Shown: piece by piece, positions 18,796 to 30,425 of the stretch
Position numbering within the stretch: the first letter of the stretch is position 1
Layout of the letters: the number at the start of each line of letters is the position of its first letter
Assembly (NCBI GenBank): GCA_963783575.1
Contig: CAWAOD010000018.1
Span: 64,001-128,000 of the forward strand
Direction of reading: 5' to 3'
DNA from: an uncultured Spirochaetota bacterium
GTDB taxonomy: Bacteria; Spirochaetota; Brevinematia; Brevinematales; JAOACQ01
DNA length: 64,000 bases
Position numbers and translations under genes: made by a program
Notes under the pieces: generated by a model
Seen by the model: the letters and a program-made list of their open reading frames with translations, nothing else
What the model was told of the DNA's origin: nothing
The model's database searches: none

Positions 18796-20027
18796 TCCAG
18801 GGTATAAACAATCAAACCATCTCGAAGTTTTGGCTCAAACCAGGTCGATTTAGGAGGCATTACCTTATTTGTATCCGTTACCTGTATTAATTCCCCCATG
18901 CTTACTGGATACATACAAAAAGAAACAACCGCATAACCGCTATCAACCTGACGAATCAATTCTTCCGCACCTTTAATTCCTCCAATGAACTTTATACGCT
19001 CAGAAGTTCGCGGGTCTTCAATCCCTAGAACCTTTGATAATAGATTATTCTGCAGGATATTCACATCGAGGGATTCCAGCGGATCGGAAGAATTAAAAGT
19101 ATCCTTTTTCGGTGAAATTAAATAAAGACTTTTATTAATATACATTATAATATTTCCTTTTTTATCCGGTTGTATTTTGTCCGTCTCATTTAGAATAAAA
19201 AAACTGCCGATTCTATCGAGAAACTGAACTTTTGTCAGATTTTTCAAGTCAAGAACAATCCGGTTATATGGAAGAATCTGAAGTTCGCTTGAAGGAAAAA
19301 TAACAGCCATAAAATAATTATATGGCTCATTCCCATTGTGCCAGTGATTTTCCGATTTAAGTGCTTTCCATACGTTAACCGCTGAAGCTGCACGGTGATG
19401 CCCGTCTGCAATATAAAGAAAAGGAATATTATTAAAATAATTACAAATATTATTTATTAATGTTTCATCGGTTACCGCCCATAATTTAATTTCCACATTG
19501 TTTTCATCATTAAGCTCATAAAGAGGTTCGTTTTTTTTAATCGGCATAAGCAGGCTATCATATTCACCTGTTTTTTCAAAAGCGAGAAAAACAGGTCCTG
19601 TATCAGCCCGGACGGTCATAATATGCCTTGATCGGTCTGATTCTTTATCTTTTCTTGTCAATTCATGCTTCTTTATCAAACCATTCTCGTATTCTTCACA
19701 GCTTACCGCAGCGTAAATACCGGTTTGAGTCTTGCCATTCCAAGTCTGGGATATAAGATAAAAAAACGGCTTTTCATCCCTTACCAGTATGCCGTCATTT
19801 ATAAAATTCTCGAAATTTTCCCTTGCTTTTTTATAAACCTCATCAGAATAGTAAGTTACAAGACCAGGAATATCAGCCTCTGCTCTTGTTACATGAAAGA
19901 ATGAATAAGCGTTATTTCTAACAGCAGCCTTAACTTCTTCAATATCTACAACATCATAAGGCGGAACATGTACTATTCCGGCGAATTTTTTATCAGGCCT
20001 TACAGCGGGGAATGGTTTTACAGTCAT
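18792..20027 (-). CDS. DUF1015-family protein
   Basis: PPYDVV, IKKHELTR, YIADGHHRAASA, MPPKSTWFEPKLRDGL. Confidence 0.9.
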   Translation of the reverse strand: MTVKPFPAVRPDKKFAGIVHVPPYDVVDIEEVKAAVRNNAYSFFHVTRAEADIPGLVTYYSDEVYKKARENFENFINDGILVRDEKPFFYLISQTWNGKTQTGIYAAVSCEEYENGLIKKHELTRKDKESDRSRHIMTVRADTGPVFLAFEKTGEYDSLLMPIKKNEPLYELNDENNVEIKLWAVTDETLINNICNYFNNIPFLYIADGHHRAASAVNVWKALKSENHWHNGNEPYNYFMAVIFPSSELQILPYNRIVLDLKNLTKVQFLDRIGSFFILNETDKIQPDKKGNIIMYINKSLYLISPKKDTFNSSDPLESLDVNILQNNLLSKVLGIEDPRTSERIKFIGGIKGAEELIRQVDSGYAVVSFCMYPVSMGELIQVTDTNKVMPPKSTWFEPKLRDGLIVYTLD

Positions 20028-20124
20028 AATGAAGACCGCCTTAATGAAAATTATAATAAGTCATTGTATATTAATTTAATATTTTTTTCCATGTTTAATC
20101 TTATGTTTCAAAATATCAACAAAT

Positions 20125-21015
20125 TTATTCTTCAGAAGTATCAATATCGCTATTCGAAATACATTCTTCATTTGTTTCAGACAGATATGACGGATAGGTT
20201 TCACTTTCAAGCTGAGGAATATGATTGACTATATTGCTCGAATCCGTATCATTAGTATTTGTAATTATTGTAAAGTCATTTGTTTGTGATAATAAGGGTG
20301 AGTTTTGATCGGTTGAATTCATTATCGCCATCAAAAAATAATACCTCTGCGAAAGTATCTTTCTTTTAAATAAATTATCCGGATTATATTTGATGGGACT
20401 TGATAAAATTGCGATAAGCCTTGCTTTTTCATCATCGTTTAAATCACCTACATTCTTACTGTAATAATACCTCGATGCTCTTTCAATGCCGAAAATTCCT
20501 TTTCCCCATTCAATCGAGTTCAAATAAAGTTCCAATATCCTGCCTTTTTTCATAATGAAATTCATTTCCACGGCAATAATAATCTCCAGGTATTTCCTTA
20601 AGATATTCTTTGAGGGTATCAGGAATAATGTGCGGGCTAGCTGCTGATTTATCGTGCTGGCGCCATAGGAATAACCATGATTTTGCCGGTTACGGACATA
20701 AGCATCATGAATTGCCGTAAGATCGATACCGAAGTGTTCGTAGAAATTAGCGTCTTCGATTCTGACAGCCATCATTTGAACATCTCTGGGCAGTTTCCTT
20801 AATGGAATAAATTCAATGGGCTTAACAATATAATGATAAGCGTATTTCCTGTATAACATTAAAGTTCCGTATTCCGGGTTCTTTTTGGTATAAACCATGC
20901 AAAAAATAAAAATAATGAAAATAAATGTCACATGGAAAATTACAATTATTTTTAATATTGAAAGTAAGATTGAAACCAGCCTGATTTTATTGTGCAGAAA
21001 AGTCCTCCTTTTCAA
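20125..21015 (-). CDS. mtgA: Monofunctional peptidoglycan transglycosylase (GT51)
   Basis: EDANFYEHFGID, GASTINQQLARTLFL, RKYLE, KGRILELYLN motifs; N-terminal TM; start codon uncertain. Confidence 0.85.
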   Translation of the reverse strand: MKRRTFLHNKIRLVSILLSILKIIVIFHVTFIFIIFIFCMVYTKKNPEYGTLMLYRKYAYHYIVKPIEFIPLRKLPRDVQMMAVRIEDANFYEHFGIDLTAIHDAYVRNRQNHGYSYGASTINQQLARTLFLIPSKNILRKYLEIIIAVEMNFIMKKGRILELYLNSIEWGKGIFGIERASRYYYSKNVGDLNDDEKARLIAILSSPIKYNPDNLFKRKILSQRYYFLMAIMNSTDQNSPLLSQTNDFTIITNTNDTDSSNIVNHIPQLESETYPSYLSETNEECISNSDIDTSEE

Positions 21016-21161
21016 ACAACATATGGAAGAATAAATAAATATTGTAGCATAATAAGGTCAATTAAACAATTATATTACACTCAAAACAGCCTGGAAGCAT
21101 CTTGTATTAAAAACTATTATTAATTTTAATTTTATGATATTATTAATAAAAAATCTGAGGT

Positions 21162-23956
21162 GTGGAAATGGCTGATAACAATTCAAAACTTAAGAGAATT
21201 ATGCTCCTCGACGGTTCGGGAATAATATACAGGGCTTATTTCGCATTTATAAAAAGGCCGCTAACTACATCAAGAGGCGAGAATACATCAGCGATTTTCG
21301 GTTTTTTAAAAATACTAATCCAGATCATCCGTGAGTTTAAACCTGACATCCTGGTAACGGCATTCGATTTATCACGGGATACATTCCGCCGGGAGATTTT
21401 CGCCGATTACAAAGCACACAGGGAGGAGACACCGAAAGAGCTTAAGGAACAAATACCTGTAATGATAGATATTCTCAGGCTAATGCACATTCCTGTGCTT
21501 GAGATGGCCGGATTTGAGGCGGATGATATTATCGGAAGCCTTTCGGAACAGCTTAAAAAAGATAACGAGGTTTTTATCATTTCCAGTGATAAAGATTTGC
21601 TTCAACTTGTTGATGAAAATGTGAAAGTTTTAAGACCCCAGCATGGTATCAGTGAAATAAATCTTATAGATAAAAACGGGGTCAGAAATATTTTGGGGGT
21701 CAATTCGGAACAGATCCCGGATTATCTGGCGATTGTCGGCGACAGCTCGGACAATATTCCTGGAGTCAAGGGAATTGGAGAAAAAGGAGCACTTCAGCTT
21801 CTTAATACTTATCCGACAATTGAGGAGATTTACAATCATATTGACGAGATCAAGGGAGCGGTGCAGAAAAAACTCATCGAAAACAGGGAAAACGCATTTC
21901 TCAGCAAACAGCTTGCGCAGATCAAACTGGATATGCGGATTGAAGAAGATATTTTATCAAACCACCTCAATTTAAAAGAATTGGCGAATCATGAAGTAGT
22001 CCAAAAGCTGAAACATTATCAGATCACTTCCATAATAAGCGATCTGCAGAAACTGTTCCTATCCGAAGAATTCAGGAATTCCGAAGGCGGCCTTTTTACA
22101 AAGGAAACGGAAATAAATGAGACTACTAAAAGTGAATTAAAACCCTTCTCCGGGAAATATAGCCTGATAACAAAAAAGACTGGATTGTTATCGCTTTTTG
22201 TACGATGCAGGGAAAATAAATTTTTTTCCCTCGATACAGAAACAACTTCAGCAAACCCGATTGATGCTGATTTAATAGGTATATCCATATCGCTTGAAGA
22301 AGGGGAAGGAGTATTCATACCGGTTCTTTATGATACTCCCGGGGAATTCGATAAAAATTTTGTCATACAGAATATTAAACCCATTCTGGAGGATCAAAAT
22401 ATCGGAAAAATCGGCCAGAATGCCAAGTATGAAATGGAAATATTTAAAAATGAAGGGATCGATATGACAGGTGTGGTATTTGATACAATGCTTGCCGCTT
22501 ACTTGATTAACCCTGTTCGGACACATAATAATCTCGAAAGCCTGGTTCAGGAATATCTTGGCTTTAATAAAAGGGATTATAAGGATGTTTTAAAGGATAT
22601 TGCAAAAAATGATAAAACCCTCCTGGATGCTCCTATTGATGATGTTGTCAATTATGCCTGCAGCGATTCAGACTCAGCACTTAGATTAAAAAATCTTCTT
22701 ATACCAATTGTTGAGAAATCCGGCCTGAATAATGTTCTGTATAATATTGAAATTCCATTATCGAAAGTTCTTGCCGTTGTTGAAAGAAACGGGGTTAAAA
22801 TAGATATTGAAAGGCTTAAAGTTTTATCAAAAGAATTGGAAATATCCCTCAGAGATCTGGAAGAAAAAATATACCACATCGCCGGAAGAGAGTTTAACAT
22901 CAATTCGCCGGTTCAGCTTTCAAAACTTTTATTTGAAGAACTCGGGCTTGATCCTGTAAAAAAAACAGGCGGCGGCAAGAATTCAACAGACGAAGAAGTT
23001 TTAAGCGTCCTTGCGAACATACATCCTTTGCCTGCGGAAATTTTAAAATACAGGACTTATGCCAAGCTGAAAGGGACTTATGTTGATTCCCTGCCCGAGT
23101 TAATCTCAAAACGAACTGGAAGGATTCACACAAGCTTCAATCAAACTATAGCCGCAACTGGCAGGCTTTCTTCAAGCGATCCCAACCTTCAGAATATTCC
23201 GGTCAGGGACGAAATCGGAAAGAAGATCAGGGAGGCATTCATTGCGGATGAAGGCAGTATCCTTGTCAGCGCCGATTATTCACAGATTGAACTGCGGTTT
23301 CTGGCGCATTTCTGCGGGGATGAAACATGATGAAAGCCTTTTCAGAAAATATGGATATTCACAGGCATACCGCTTCACTCATTTTTAAAATTCCGGAGAC
23401 AGAAGTTACAGAAGAACAACGGCGAAGGGCAAAAAGCGTAAATTTCGGCATCATATACGGACTTCAGGCTTACGGCCTTTCCCGGCAGCTTGGAATCCCG
23501 ATGCAGGAAGCCAGGCTTTTTATTGATAGTTATTTCGAAAGTTTTCCTAAAGTTAAAAATTTTGTGGAAAGGATATTGAATGAGGTCAAGGATACTGGTG
23601 AAGTAAGAACACTCTCCGGAAGATACCGGAAATTCCCCGATTTGATTGGAAAAGAATTAAAGCCAGGAGGTCAACTCAATTCATCACAGAGGATGGCTCT
23701 CAATACAAAAATTCAGGGAAGCGCCGCTGATGTAATTAAAATCGCAATGATAAATATCCAGCGTTATATTGAAGAAAATCATTTGCGGACAAAAATGATC
23801 CTTCAGATTCACGATGAATTGGTACTGGAAACACCCCTTGAAGAAGTTGAAATAATAAAAATAGCGGTAAAAAAGATTATGGAAGAAGCATATAAACTTG
23901 ATGTTCCTCTTGTTGTTGACGTCGGAACCGGGAAAAACTGGAGTGAGGCGCATTAA
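21162..23956 (+). CDS. polA: DNA polymerase I, interrupted by a 1-nt frameshift near 23325 (ORFs 21162..23330 and 23327..23956)
   Basis: 5'-3' exonuclease, 3'-5' exonuclease (LDTET) and motif A DYSQIELR in ORF1; motif B AKSVNFGIIYG and motif C QIHDEL in ORF2; adding one A gives DENMMKAF. Confidence 0.95.
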
Positions 23957-23959
23957 TGG

Positions 23960-24122
23960 TACTCTGTCCAGCCCTGCCAAAGGGCTTAGAGCCCCTCTGG
24001 ACACTCACTAAATAAATGTACCTCGATAGAGTTCGGGAAAAACCGGGTCAAGTATCCTGCCTGGCCTTCCTACGACGGGATCTCCGGCAGGTAGACGGCA
24101 GACAGGTCATGCTTGTTGATAA
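23960..24122. repeat. Cluster of REP-like GC-rich hairpins between polA and lysS
   Basis: GTCCAG..GGGC-TTAGA-GCCC..CTGGAC hairpin; CCTGCCT..ACGGCAGACAGG palindrome shared with 29128-29149; ends in CATGCTTGTTGA. Confidence 0.5.
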
Positions 24123-24168
24123 ATCTCAGCTTTTATTTTATACTAATAGTGAAATTTAAGAATGGAGT

Positions 24169-25650
24169 ATGAATATGGAAGAGATGAAACAAAATCTCAC
24201 TGATGAAAGGGAAAACAGGATAAAGAAAATTGATGAACTAAAAAAATTAAATATAAACCCCTACCCAAACGATTATAAGCCCGGAACTAATTCTTCAGAT
24301 GTCAGAGAGAAATTTATTTCAAACGGCGAGGCTGAATTCCAGGCGAATATCGCTGGAAGGATAATGCTGATAAGGGATTTCGGCAAAGCCCAATTCGCGA
24401 CATTAAAAGATAATCATGGCATGATACAGATTTATGCCCGCCAGGATATTCTAGGAGAGGAGAAATACCGGATTTTTAAATTGGTTGACGCTGGGGATAT
24501 TATTGGAATCAATGGCAAGGTATTTAAGACTCACAAGGGAGAAATAACCGTCCTGGTTGAAAACTATACGATATTAGCCAAAGCAGTGAACAGCCTTCCT
24601 GAAAAATGGCATGGATTGACGGATGTGGAAACACGCTACCGCCAGAGATACGTTGATTTGATTATAAATGATAAGGTCAAAATGGATTTTATCAGCAGGT
24701 TTAAGATAATTTCCCATATCCGGCATTTTTTATCGGAGCGCGGTTTTCTTGAGGTGGAAACACCGATGATGCAGGTGATCCCCGGCGGAGCATCGGCGAA
24801 GCCATTCACTACTCATCATAATGCACTTGACATGGATCTATTTTTAAGGATAGCTCCCGAATTATATTTAAAACGCCTGATTGTCGGTGGTTTTGAAAGA
24901 ATTTTTGAAATGAACAGGAATTTCCGGAATGAAGGTATAGACACCAAGCATAATCCCGAGTTTACAATGCTTGAACTTTACCAGGCATACGGAAATTACA
25001 ACGATATGATGGAACTTTTTATAGACCTTGTAAAAAGCCTTGCCGTATTGATTAAAGGAAATACAAAATTTGAATATCAGGGAAATGAGATCGACTTTTC
25101 TAACTGGAAAAAAATCAAATATGCGGATGCCCTCAAAGATATTGCCGGAATTGATACAGGCTTGGTGAAAGACCAAAAAGATGCGCTTAAGATAGCTATG
25201 GAAAGGGGCTTTGATGAAATCGGTGATTTTGAAGGCAAATGGGGCATTCTTAATATACTGTTTGAGGAATATGTCGAACCTAATTTGATAGAACCGACAA
25301 TAATTTATGATTATCCGTCGGAAATATCACCCCTCTCGAAATATAAACCGGAAGACCCCGAGTTTGTTGAGCGTTTTGAGGCATACATAATGGGTCGTGA
25401 GCTTGCCAACGCTTTTTCGGAATTGAACGATCCTTTTGTTCAAGCTGAACGTTTTCTTTCCCAGGCAAAAAAGAAAGCCCAGGGTGACGATGAAGCAATG
25501 TATATGGACGAGGATTACATTAACGCTCTTGAGTACGGTATGCCACCAACGGGCGGCATGGGAATAGGTATCGACCGTCTAGTAATGTTCCTTGTCGACA
25601 CAAATTCGATAAGGGATACGATTCTATTCCCGACAATGAAGTCAAGATAG
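24169..25650 (+). CDS. lysS: Lysyl-tRNA synthetase (class II)
   Basis: LPEKWHGLTDVETRYRQRYVDL, FRNEG..HNPEFTMLE, EYGMPPTGGMGIGIDRL. Confidence 0.98.
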   Translation: MNMEEMKQNLTDERENRIKKIDELKKLNINPYPNDYKPGTNSSDVREKFISNGEAEFQANIAGRIMLIRDFGKAQFATLKDNHGMIQIYARQDILGEEKYRIFKLVDAGDIIGINGKVFKTHKGEITVLVENYTILAKAVNSLPEKWHGLTDVETRYRQRYVDLIINDKVKMDFISRFKIISHIRHFLSERGFLEVETPMMQVIPGGASAKPFTTHHNALDMDLFLRIAPELYLKRLIVGGFERIFEMNRNFRNEGIDTKHNPEFTMLELYQAYGNYNDMMELFIDLVKSLAVLIKGNTKFEYQGNEIDFSNWKKIKYADALKDIAGIDTGLVKDQKDALKIAMERGFDEIGDFEGKWGILNILFEEYVEPNLIEPTIIYDYPSEISPLSKYKPEDPEFVERFEAYIMGRELANAFSELNDPFVQAERFLSQAKKKAQGDDEAMYMDEDYINALEYGMPPTGGMGIGIDRLVMFLVDTNSIRDTILFPTMKSR

Positions 25651-25729
25651 GTATTGTGTTATTCTGAAAATTAAAAAAGTATTAATAATTTGATTAAAAT
25701 AATTCTTTATTATTATTAAGGAGTTTAAA

Positions 25730-26734
25730 ATGGAAAAGCCGAAAGAAAAAGAAATTTCTTTAAAAAGCACTAAAAATGAGTTACTTGATGCTTATAATGA
25801 ATTGTTAACAAAAGTCAAGGATGAAAAATCCGATGACAGGAAAATTAATAAACAGAAGGCTGATGAGGATAAAATAATAAACTCGGCATCCCAGAATTCA
25901 ACCGAAAAAATCATTAAAGATCTTGGCGAAACAAAACTCACTATATCCCGTTCTCTGGACGAACTTGGTGAAAAGCTTGTGTCTGAATATAAAAAGCTTA
26001 CAGATTTACAAAATGCTATTAATATTGAAAAGAGTTATCTTGATGAGATTTATCAAATTAAAATTGAGGCGGACAGCCTCGCAGCTTTGCTAGGAGCACA
26101 GAAGGAAAAGAAAATTGAATTTGAGAACGAAATTGAAAAAAAGAAGCTGGATTTTGAAGAAGAAATGATCCAGAAACGCCTGCAGTGGAAAACTGAGCAG
26201 GATGCATTTGAAGCCGCCAGAAAAGAAAGAGACTCTCAATTAAAAAAAGAAAGAATAAGGGAAGAAGAAGAATACAATTATAATCAACTGTTAACTAGAA
26301 AAAAAGACAATGATGAATATAATGAAAAGAAAATCACATTAGAGAAAAATTTTAATGAAAGAGAAGCCGCAATCGCACAAAGAGAAAAAGAATACCTTGA
26401 ATTGAACGTAAAAGTTGAAACATTTGTGACAGAACTGCAGAAAGCTCAGGAAGACGTTAAGAATGCTGTAACTGCCGAACTTGAAACAAAACATAAATTC
26501 CAGGCTGACTTATTGAATAAGGAACTTGACGGTGAAAGGAAACTGAATAAGCAGATCATCACTTCACTTGAAAATAAAATAAAAGAGCAGGAAATTCAAA
26601 TTAAGAAACTGTCAGAACGCGCGGATGATTCAATTTCACAGGTTCATTCCATTGCTATGAAAGCTGTGGAAGGTTCTCAAAAAGGATTTACTGGAAGTAA
26701 TTCCGATAAATCACCTGACGTATCAAAAAGTTGA
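25730..26734 (+). CDS. Long coiled-coil hypothetical protein
   Basis: 334 aa, E/K-rich heptad pattern, no TM; AAGGAG RBS. Confidence 0.75.
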   Translation: MEKPKEKEISLKSTKNELLDAYNELLTKVKDEKSDDRKINKQKADEDKIINSASQNSTEKIIKDLGETKLTISRSLDELGEKLVSEYKKLTDLQNAINIEKSYLDEIYQIKIEADSLAALLGAQKEKKIEFENEIEKKKLDFEEEMIQKRLQWKTEQDAFEAARKERDSQLKKERIREEEEYNYNQLLTRKKDNDEYNEKKITLEKNFNEREAAIAQREKEYLELNVKVETFVTELQKAQEDVKNAVTAELETKHKFQADLLNKELDGERKLNKQIITSLENKIKEQEIQIKKLSERADDSISQVHSIAMKAVEGSQKGFTGSNSDKSPDVSKS

Positions 26735-26784
26735 GGCCCTGATCCAGCCGAAACTTGAACAATCAAATAAAGGAGATTTATTTC

Positions 26785-29046
26785 ATGACTAAAAACATTG
26801 ATATGATTAAAAAAGTATACTCCGGCTACAATGGCAGGATTGAGAAATCACGTAAAATTAACGGCAGGCCTCTGACATTTGCAGAAAAAATTCTTTATTC
26901 GCATCTTGATGAGACACCGGAAAAGCCCTTGCAAAGAGGAAAAGATTACGCCGAACTTAATCCAGACCGCGTTGCAACGCAGGATGCGACTGCGCAGATG
27001 GCCCTGCTGCAGTTCATGCATGCCGGCAGGAAAACAACCTCAGTTCCTACAACTGTCCACTGCGACCATCTTATTGTGGCGGGAACCTGCGCAGATGATG
27101 ACTTGAAGATCGCTATCAAAGAAAATAAAGAGGTTTACGACTTCTTATCCAGTATTTCACTAAAATACGGTATAGACTGTTGGAAACCCGGCGCAGGAAT
27201 CATCCATCAGGTAATTCTTGAAAATTACGCCTTCCCCGGCGGCCTGATGATCGGTACAGATTCCCACACACCGAACGCCGGAGGACTTGGAATGATAGGC
27301 GTAGGGGTCGGTGGGGCCGACGCTGTGGATGTTATGGCGGGTCTGCCCTGGGAGCTTAAATGGCCGAAGATCATAGGAGTCAGACTCACAGGAAGGCTTA
27401 ACGAATGGGCTTCCGCAAAGGATGTGATCTTAAAGCTTCTCGGGATACTTACTGTAAAAGGCGGAACAGGGCATATTATAGAGTATTTTGGCGAAGGAAC
27501 ATCCAACATTTCATGCACAGGAAAAGCGACAATCTGCAATATGGGGGCTGAGCTTGGCGCCACTTTATCGGTTTTTCCATATGATGATAAAATGGAAAAT
27601 TATTTGTTGACAACAGGAAGAGATGATCTTGTTGATCTTTTAAAAGATATTGGACCTTTGTTGAAATCAGACAGTAAAGTAATTGATCATCCCGAAGACT
27701 TCTATGATAGAATTATAGAGATAAATTTAAGCGAGCTGGAACCATACATAAATGGCCCATTCACACCCGACCTGGCTGTACCAATATCTAAAATGAAGAA
27801 TATTGTTAAAGAGAAAGGCTATCCCGACAAAATCAGCGCCTGTCTTATCGGAAGCTGTACCAATTCAAGCTACGAAGATATAGACAGGGCAGCAAGCCTT
27901 GCAAAACAGGCTCTTGAACATAAAATCAATATTAGGCCAAAATTATACCTCAGCCCAGGCTCTGAAAAAGTAAGACAAACTATTGAAAGGGACGGACAGT
28001 TAAGAACTCTGGAAAAAGCCGGTACAGCGATTCTTGCAAACGCTTGCGGTCCCTGCATAGGCATGTGGAACAGGACAGATATGCCGATGGGTGAATATAA
28101 TACAATAATCACTTCATTCAACAGGAATTTCGCTAAGCGCGCCGACGGCAATCCTAACACTTTCGCTTTTGTTGCGAGCCCGGATATTGTAATGTCTCTT
28201 GCAATCGGAGGAAAGTTGTCATTCAATCCTTTAACTGATTATCTGGAAGATAATATGGGAAATAATATAAAATTAAAACCCCCGTTCGGAAGGGAACTTC
28301 CCGAAAGATTTAATGATTCCGATAATTCAGGAATAATACAAAAAAGCGAAAATTCAGAAGATATTGATGTCATTATTTCTCCAAATAGCGAAAGACTCCA
28401 GTTGTTAAAACCTTTTGAGCCATGGGACGGTAAAGAAATTGAGAATGCCCCCATCCTTATCAAAATCAAGGGCAAATGCACAACAGACCATATTTCAATG
28501 GCCGGAGAATGGCTGAAATACAGGGGACATCTTGATAATATTTCCAACAATCTTCTGATTGGGGCAGTAAATGCCTTTACTGGCGAAACAGGCAGGACAA
28601 AAAATTATTTCACCAATGAAATAAAACCTGTGCCACAGGTAGCCAGGGATTATAAATCAAAAAATATCGGATGGGTTGTAATCGGGGATGAAAATTACGG
28701 TGAAGGATCAAGCCGCGAGCATGCAGCTATGGAACCTCGTTATCTCGGCGGAAGGATAATAATAGTTAAAAGCTTTGCCCGGATACACGAAACCAACTTA
28801 AAAAAACAGGGCATGCTTGCACTCACATTTTCAAATCCTATTGACTATGATAAAATTGAAGAAAACGATTTTATAACAATAAAAGGATTGAGTTATTTTA
28901 GCCCGAACCGGCCTCTTACTATGTTAATAAAACATAAAAACGGTAAATCCGAAGAAATTTCGTTAAATCATACTTATAACTCAAACCAGATAGAGTGGTT
29001 TAAAGCTGGAAGCGCATTGAATCTTATTGCAAAAAAAAACCACTGA
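26785..29046 (+). CDS. Aconitate hydratase (mitochondrial-type AcnA lineage)
   Basis: [54 protein letters not shown]; about 750 aa. Confidence 0.93.
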   Translation: MTKNIDMIKKVYSGYNGRIEKSRKINGRPLTFAEKILYSHLDETPEKPLQRGKDYAELNPDRVATQDATAQMALLQFMHAGRKTTSVPTTVHCDHLIVAGTCADDDLKIAIKENKEVYDFLSSISLKYGIDCWKPGAGIIHQVILENYAFPGGLMIGTDSHTPNAGGLGMIGVGVGGADAVDVMAGLPWELKWPKIIGVRLTGRLNEWASAKDVILKLLGILTVKGGTGHIIEYFGEGTSNISCTGKATICNMGAELGATLSVFPYDDKMENYLLTTGRDDLVDLLKDIGPLLKSDSKVIDHPEDFYDRIIEINLSELEPYINGPFTPDLAVPISKMKNIVKEKGYPDKISACLIGSCTNSSYEDIDRAASLAKQALEHKINIRPKLYLSPGSEKVRQTIERDGQLRTLEKAGTAILANACGPCIGMWNRTDMPMGEYNTIITSFNRNFAKRADGNPNTFAFVASPDIVMSLAIGGKLSFNPLTDYLEDNMGNNIKLKPPFGRELPERFNDSDNSGIIQKSENSEDIDVIISPNSERLQLLKPFEPWDGKEIENAPILIKIKGKCTTDHISMAGEWLKYRGHLDNISNNLLIGAVNAFTGETGRTKNYFTNEIKPVPQVARDYKSKNIGWVVIGDENYGEGSSREHAAMEPRYLGGRIIIVKSFARIHETNLKKQGMLALTFSNPIDYDKIEENDFITIKGLSYFSPNRPLTMLIKHKNGKSEEISLNHTYNSNQIEWFKAGSALNLIAKKNH

Positions 29047-29058
29047 TTGGCTAATAGT

Positions 29059-29168
29059 TTAACATGCTTGGTCGGAAAGTGTCGGATCAAACTACATTGC
29101 ATGTATCAAGAAGCCTGCCCTAAGTTTGCCTGCCTAACGGCAGACAGGCGAAGGGACAAGCTTGTTAA
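29059..29168. repeat. About 110-bp MITE/REP-like element with 12-bp imperfect terminal inverted repeats and a nested palindrome
   Basis: TTAACATGCTTG (29059-29070) / CAAGCTTGTTAA (29157-29168), 11/12 complementary; internal GCCTGCCTAACGGCAGACAGGC lying inside CCTGCCCT..GAAGGG. Confidence 0.55.
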
Positions 29169-29275
29169 TCGGTTAGAAATCCAGCTTACTTTTAAAATAT
29201 CAATTTTTTATTTTTTTTCATTTCCAGTAGAATAATATTTTTATGATAATTAATTTTTCTGAGGTTACAAAGTAA

Positions 29276-29905
29276 ATGGATATAATAACCGTCGGCCATC
29301 ATAATCATATTGGTTACAAACTACCCATCCGTATTTTAAGCAATGTGCTTGATATAAATGCCAAGGAATATCCTTGCTACAAGATTATCCATATCAAAAG
29401 CGGCTCTTCTGGCTCTTTGATTAATAAGAAAAAGAACCTTATCTTGTCACCCTCTGTTATCTGCTTGAATGAATCCGATTCTATAAAGCTGGAAGGGAAA
29501 TTGATTTTCCGAGTCATCTTATTCATGCCTGAGATTGTGAATGGAAATTTATCATTTTCTTCAATTAATAATAAAGACTATTCCAGGTTGGGGCTCTCCG
29601 GTAACCTAGATTTATTCTGGGCAGGACTTTTTTCGAATCGGGATCTAAACTCTTTGCTAATCCCTTTAGCTCCTTTGGCAGATAAAGCAGTAACCGAATG
29701 GATGGATCGAATGTCATCAGAATTGATTGAACAGGGGGCTGATTTATGGCCATGTCGTGCCCGTTCTTATCTGATAGAACTGTTATTTTTAATTGGAAAA
29801 ATATACCATACCTGTTTGCCTAAAATAGGGCAAGGTTTACAGTCCTTCGATAGTTTTGTAACAGACATTATACTCATCTATAATAGAAATGAGGGACTGA
29901 AATGA
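29276..29905 (+). pseudogene. AraC-family regulator N-terminal domain, truncated before the HTH
   Basis: Cupin-like N-terminus and WPCRARSYLIELL motif, but the ORF ends before any AraC HTH domain. Confidence 0.55.
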
Positions 29906-30366
29906 AAATTATTATTGATCAGTTGCCATTAATTGACCTGGAAAAAATCCGGCTACTCTGGGAAAAACTTAATCGCATTCATGCAAAAAAATCACCTTAT
30001 TTCAGTAATGAATACTCCGGTAAAACTTTTGCCGAACAAAAAAAGGAGTTCATATTAAAAGCACATCTTATGCCAACCACTTTATTTACTGCCCTTGATA
30101 AAGACAAAGATTATTTAGCAGGATATTGCTTCGCCAGCGCTGAACCTAAAATGGCAGGGGAAGTAGATTCTCTTTACGTTGATGAATTTTATCGAAGCCT
30201 GCATCTCGGACAGGACCTTCTTAAAAGGGCAATCAACTGGATGGATGAAATTGGTGTTCATAGAAAAATAATTGAAGTTTATACTGGTAACGAGGATGTA
30301 TTGCCTTTTTAACAGAAATTTGGATTTTATCCAAAAAAGATAATCATAGAGTATCAGAATCTTTGA
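29902..30366 (+). pseudogene. GNAT acetyltransferase with in-frame TAA at 30310-30312
   Basis: GEVDSLYVDEFYRSLHLGQDL; reading through gives GNEDVLPF*QKFGFYPKKIIIEYQNL, with the stop at the conserved Tyr of FYxKxGF. Confidence 0.7.
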
Positions 30367-30425
30367 TTATTTTGGATTAATAAATTTTAGTATTTAATGT
30401 TTTATGATAATATCAGGAGGATCTT

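Noticed and set aside
23957..24168. T-box or lysine riboswitch upstream of lysS
   Set aside because: No T-box sequence or lysine-riboswitch conserved motifs found; the hairpins match dispersed repeats instead
29047..29235. 62-aa ORF after aconitase
   Set aside because: It translates the palindromic repeat element; TTG start without an RBS
30310..30312. TAA reassigned to Tyr
   Set aside because: Most core genes in the window end at TAA in the expected position; a single case is better explained by mutation or error
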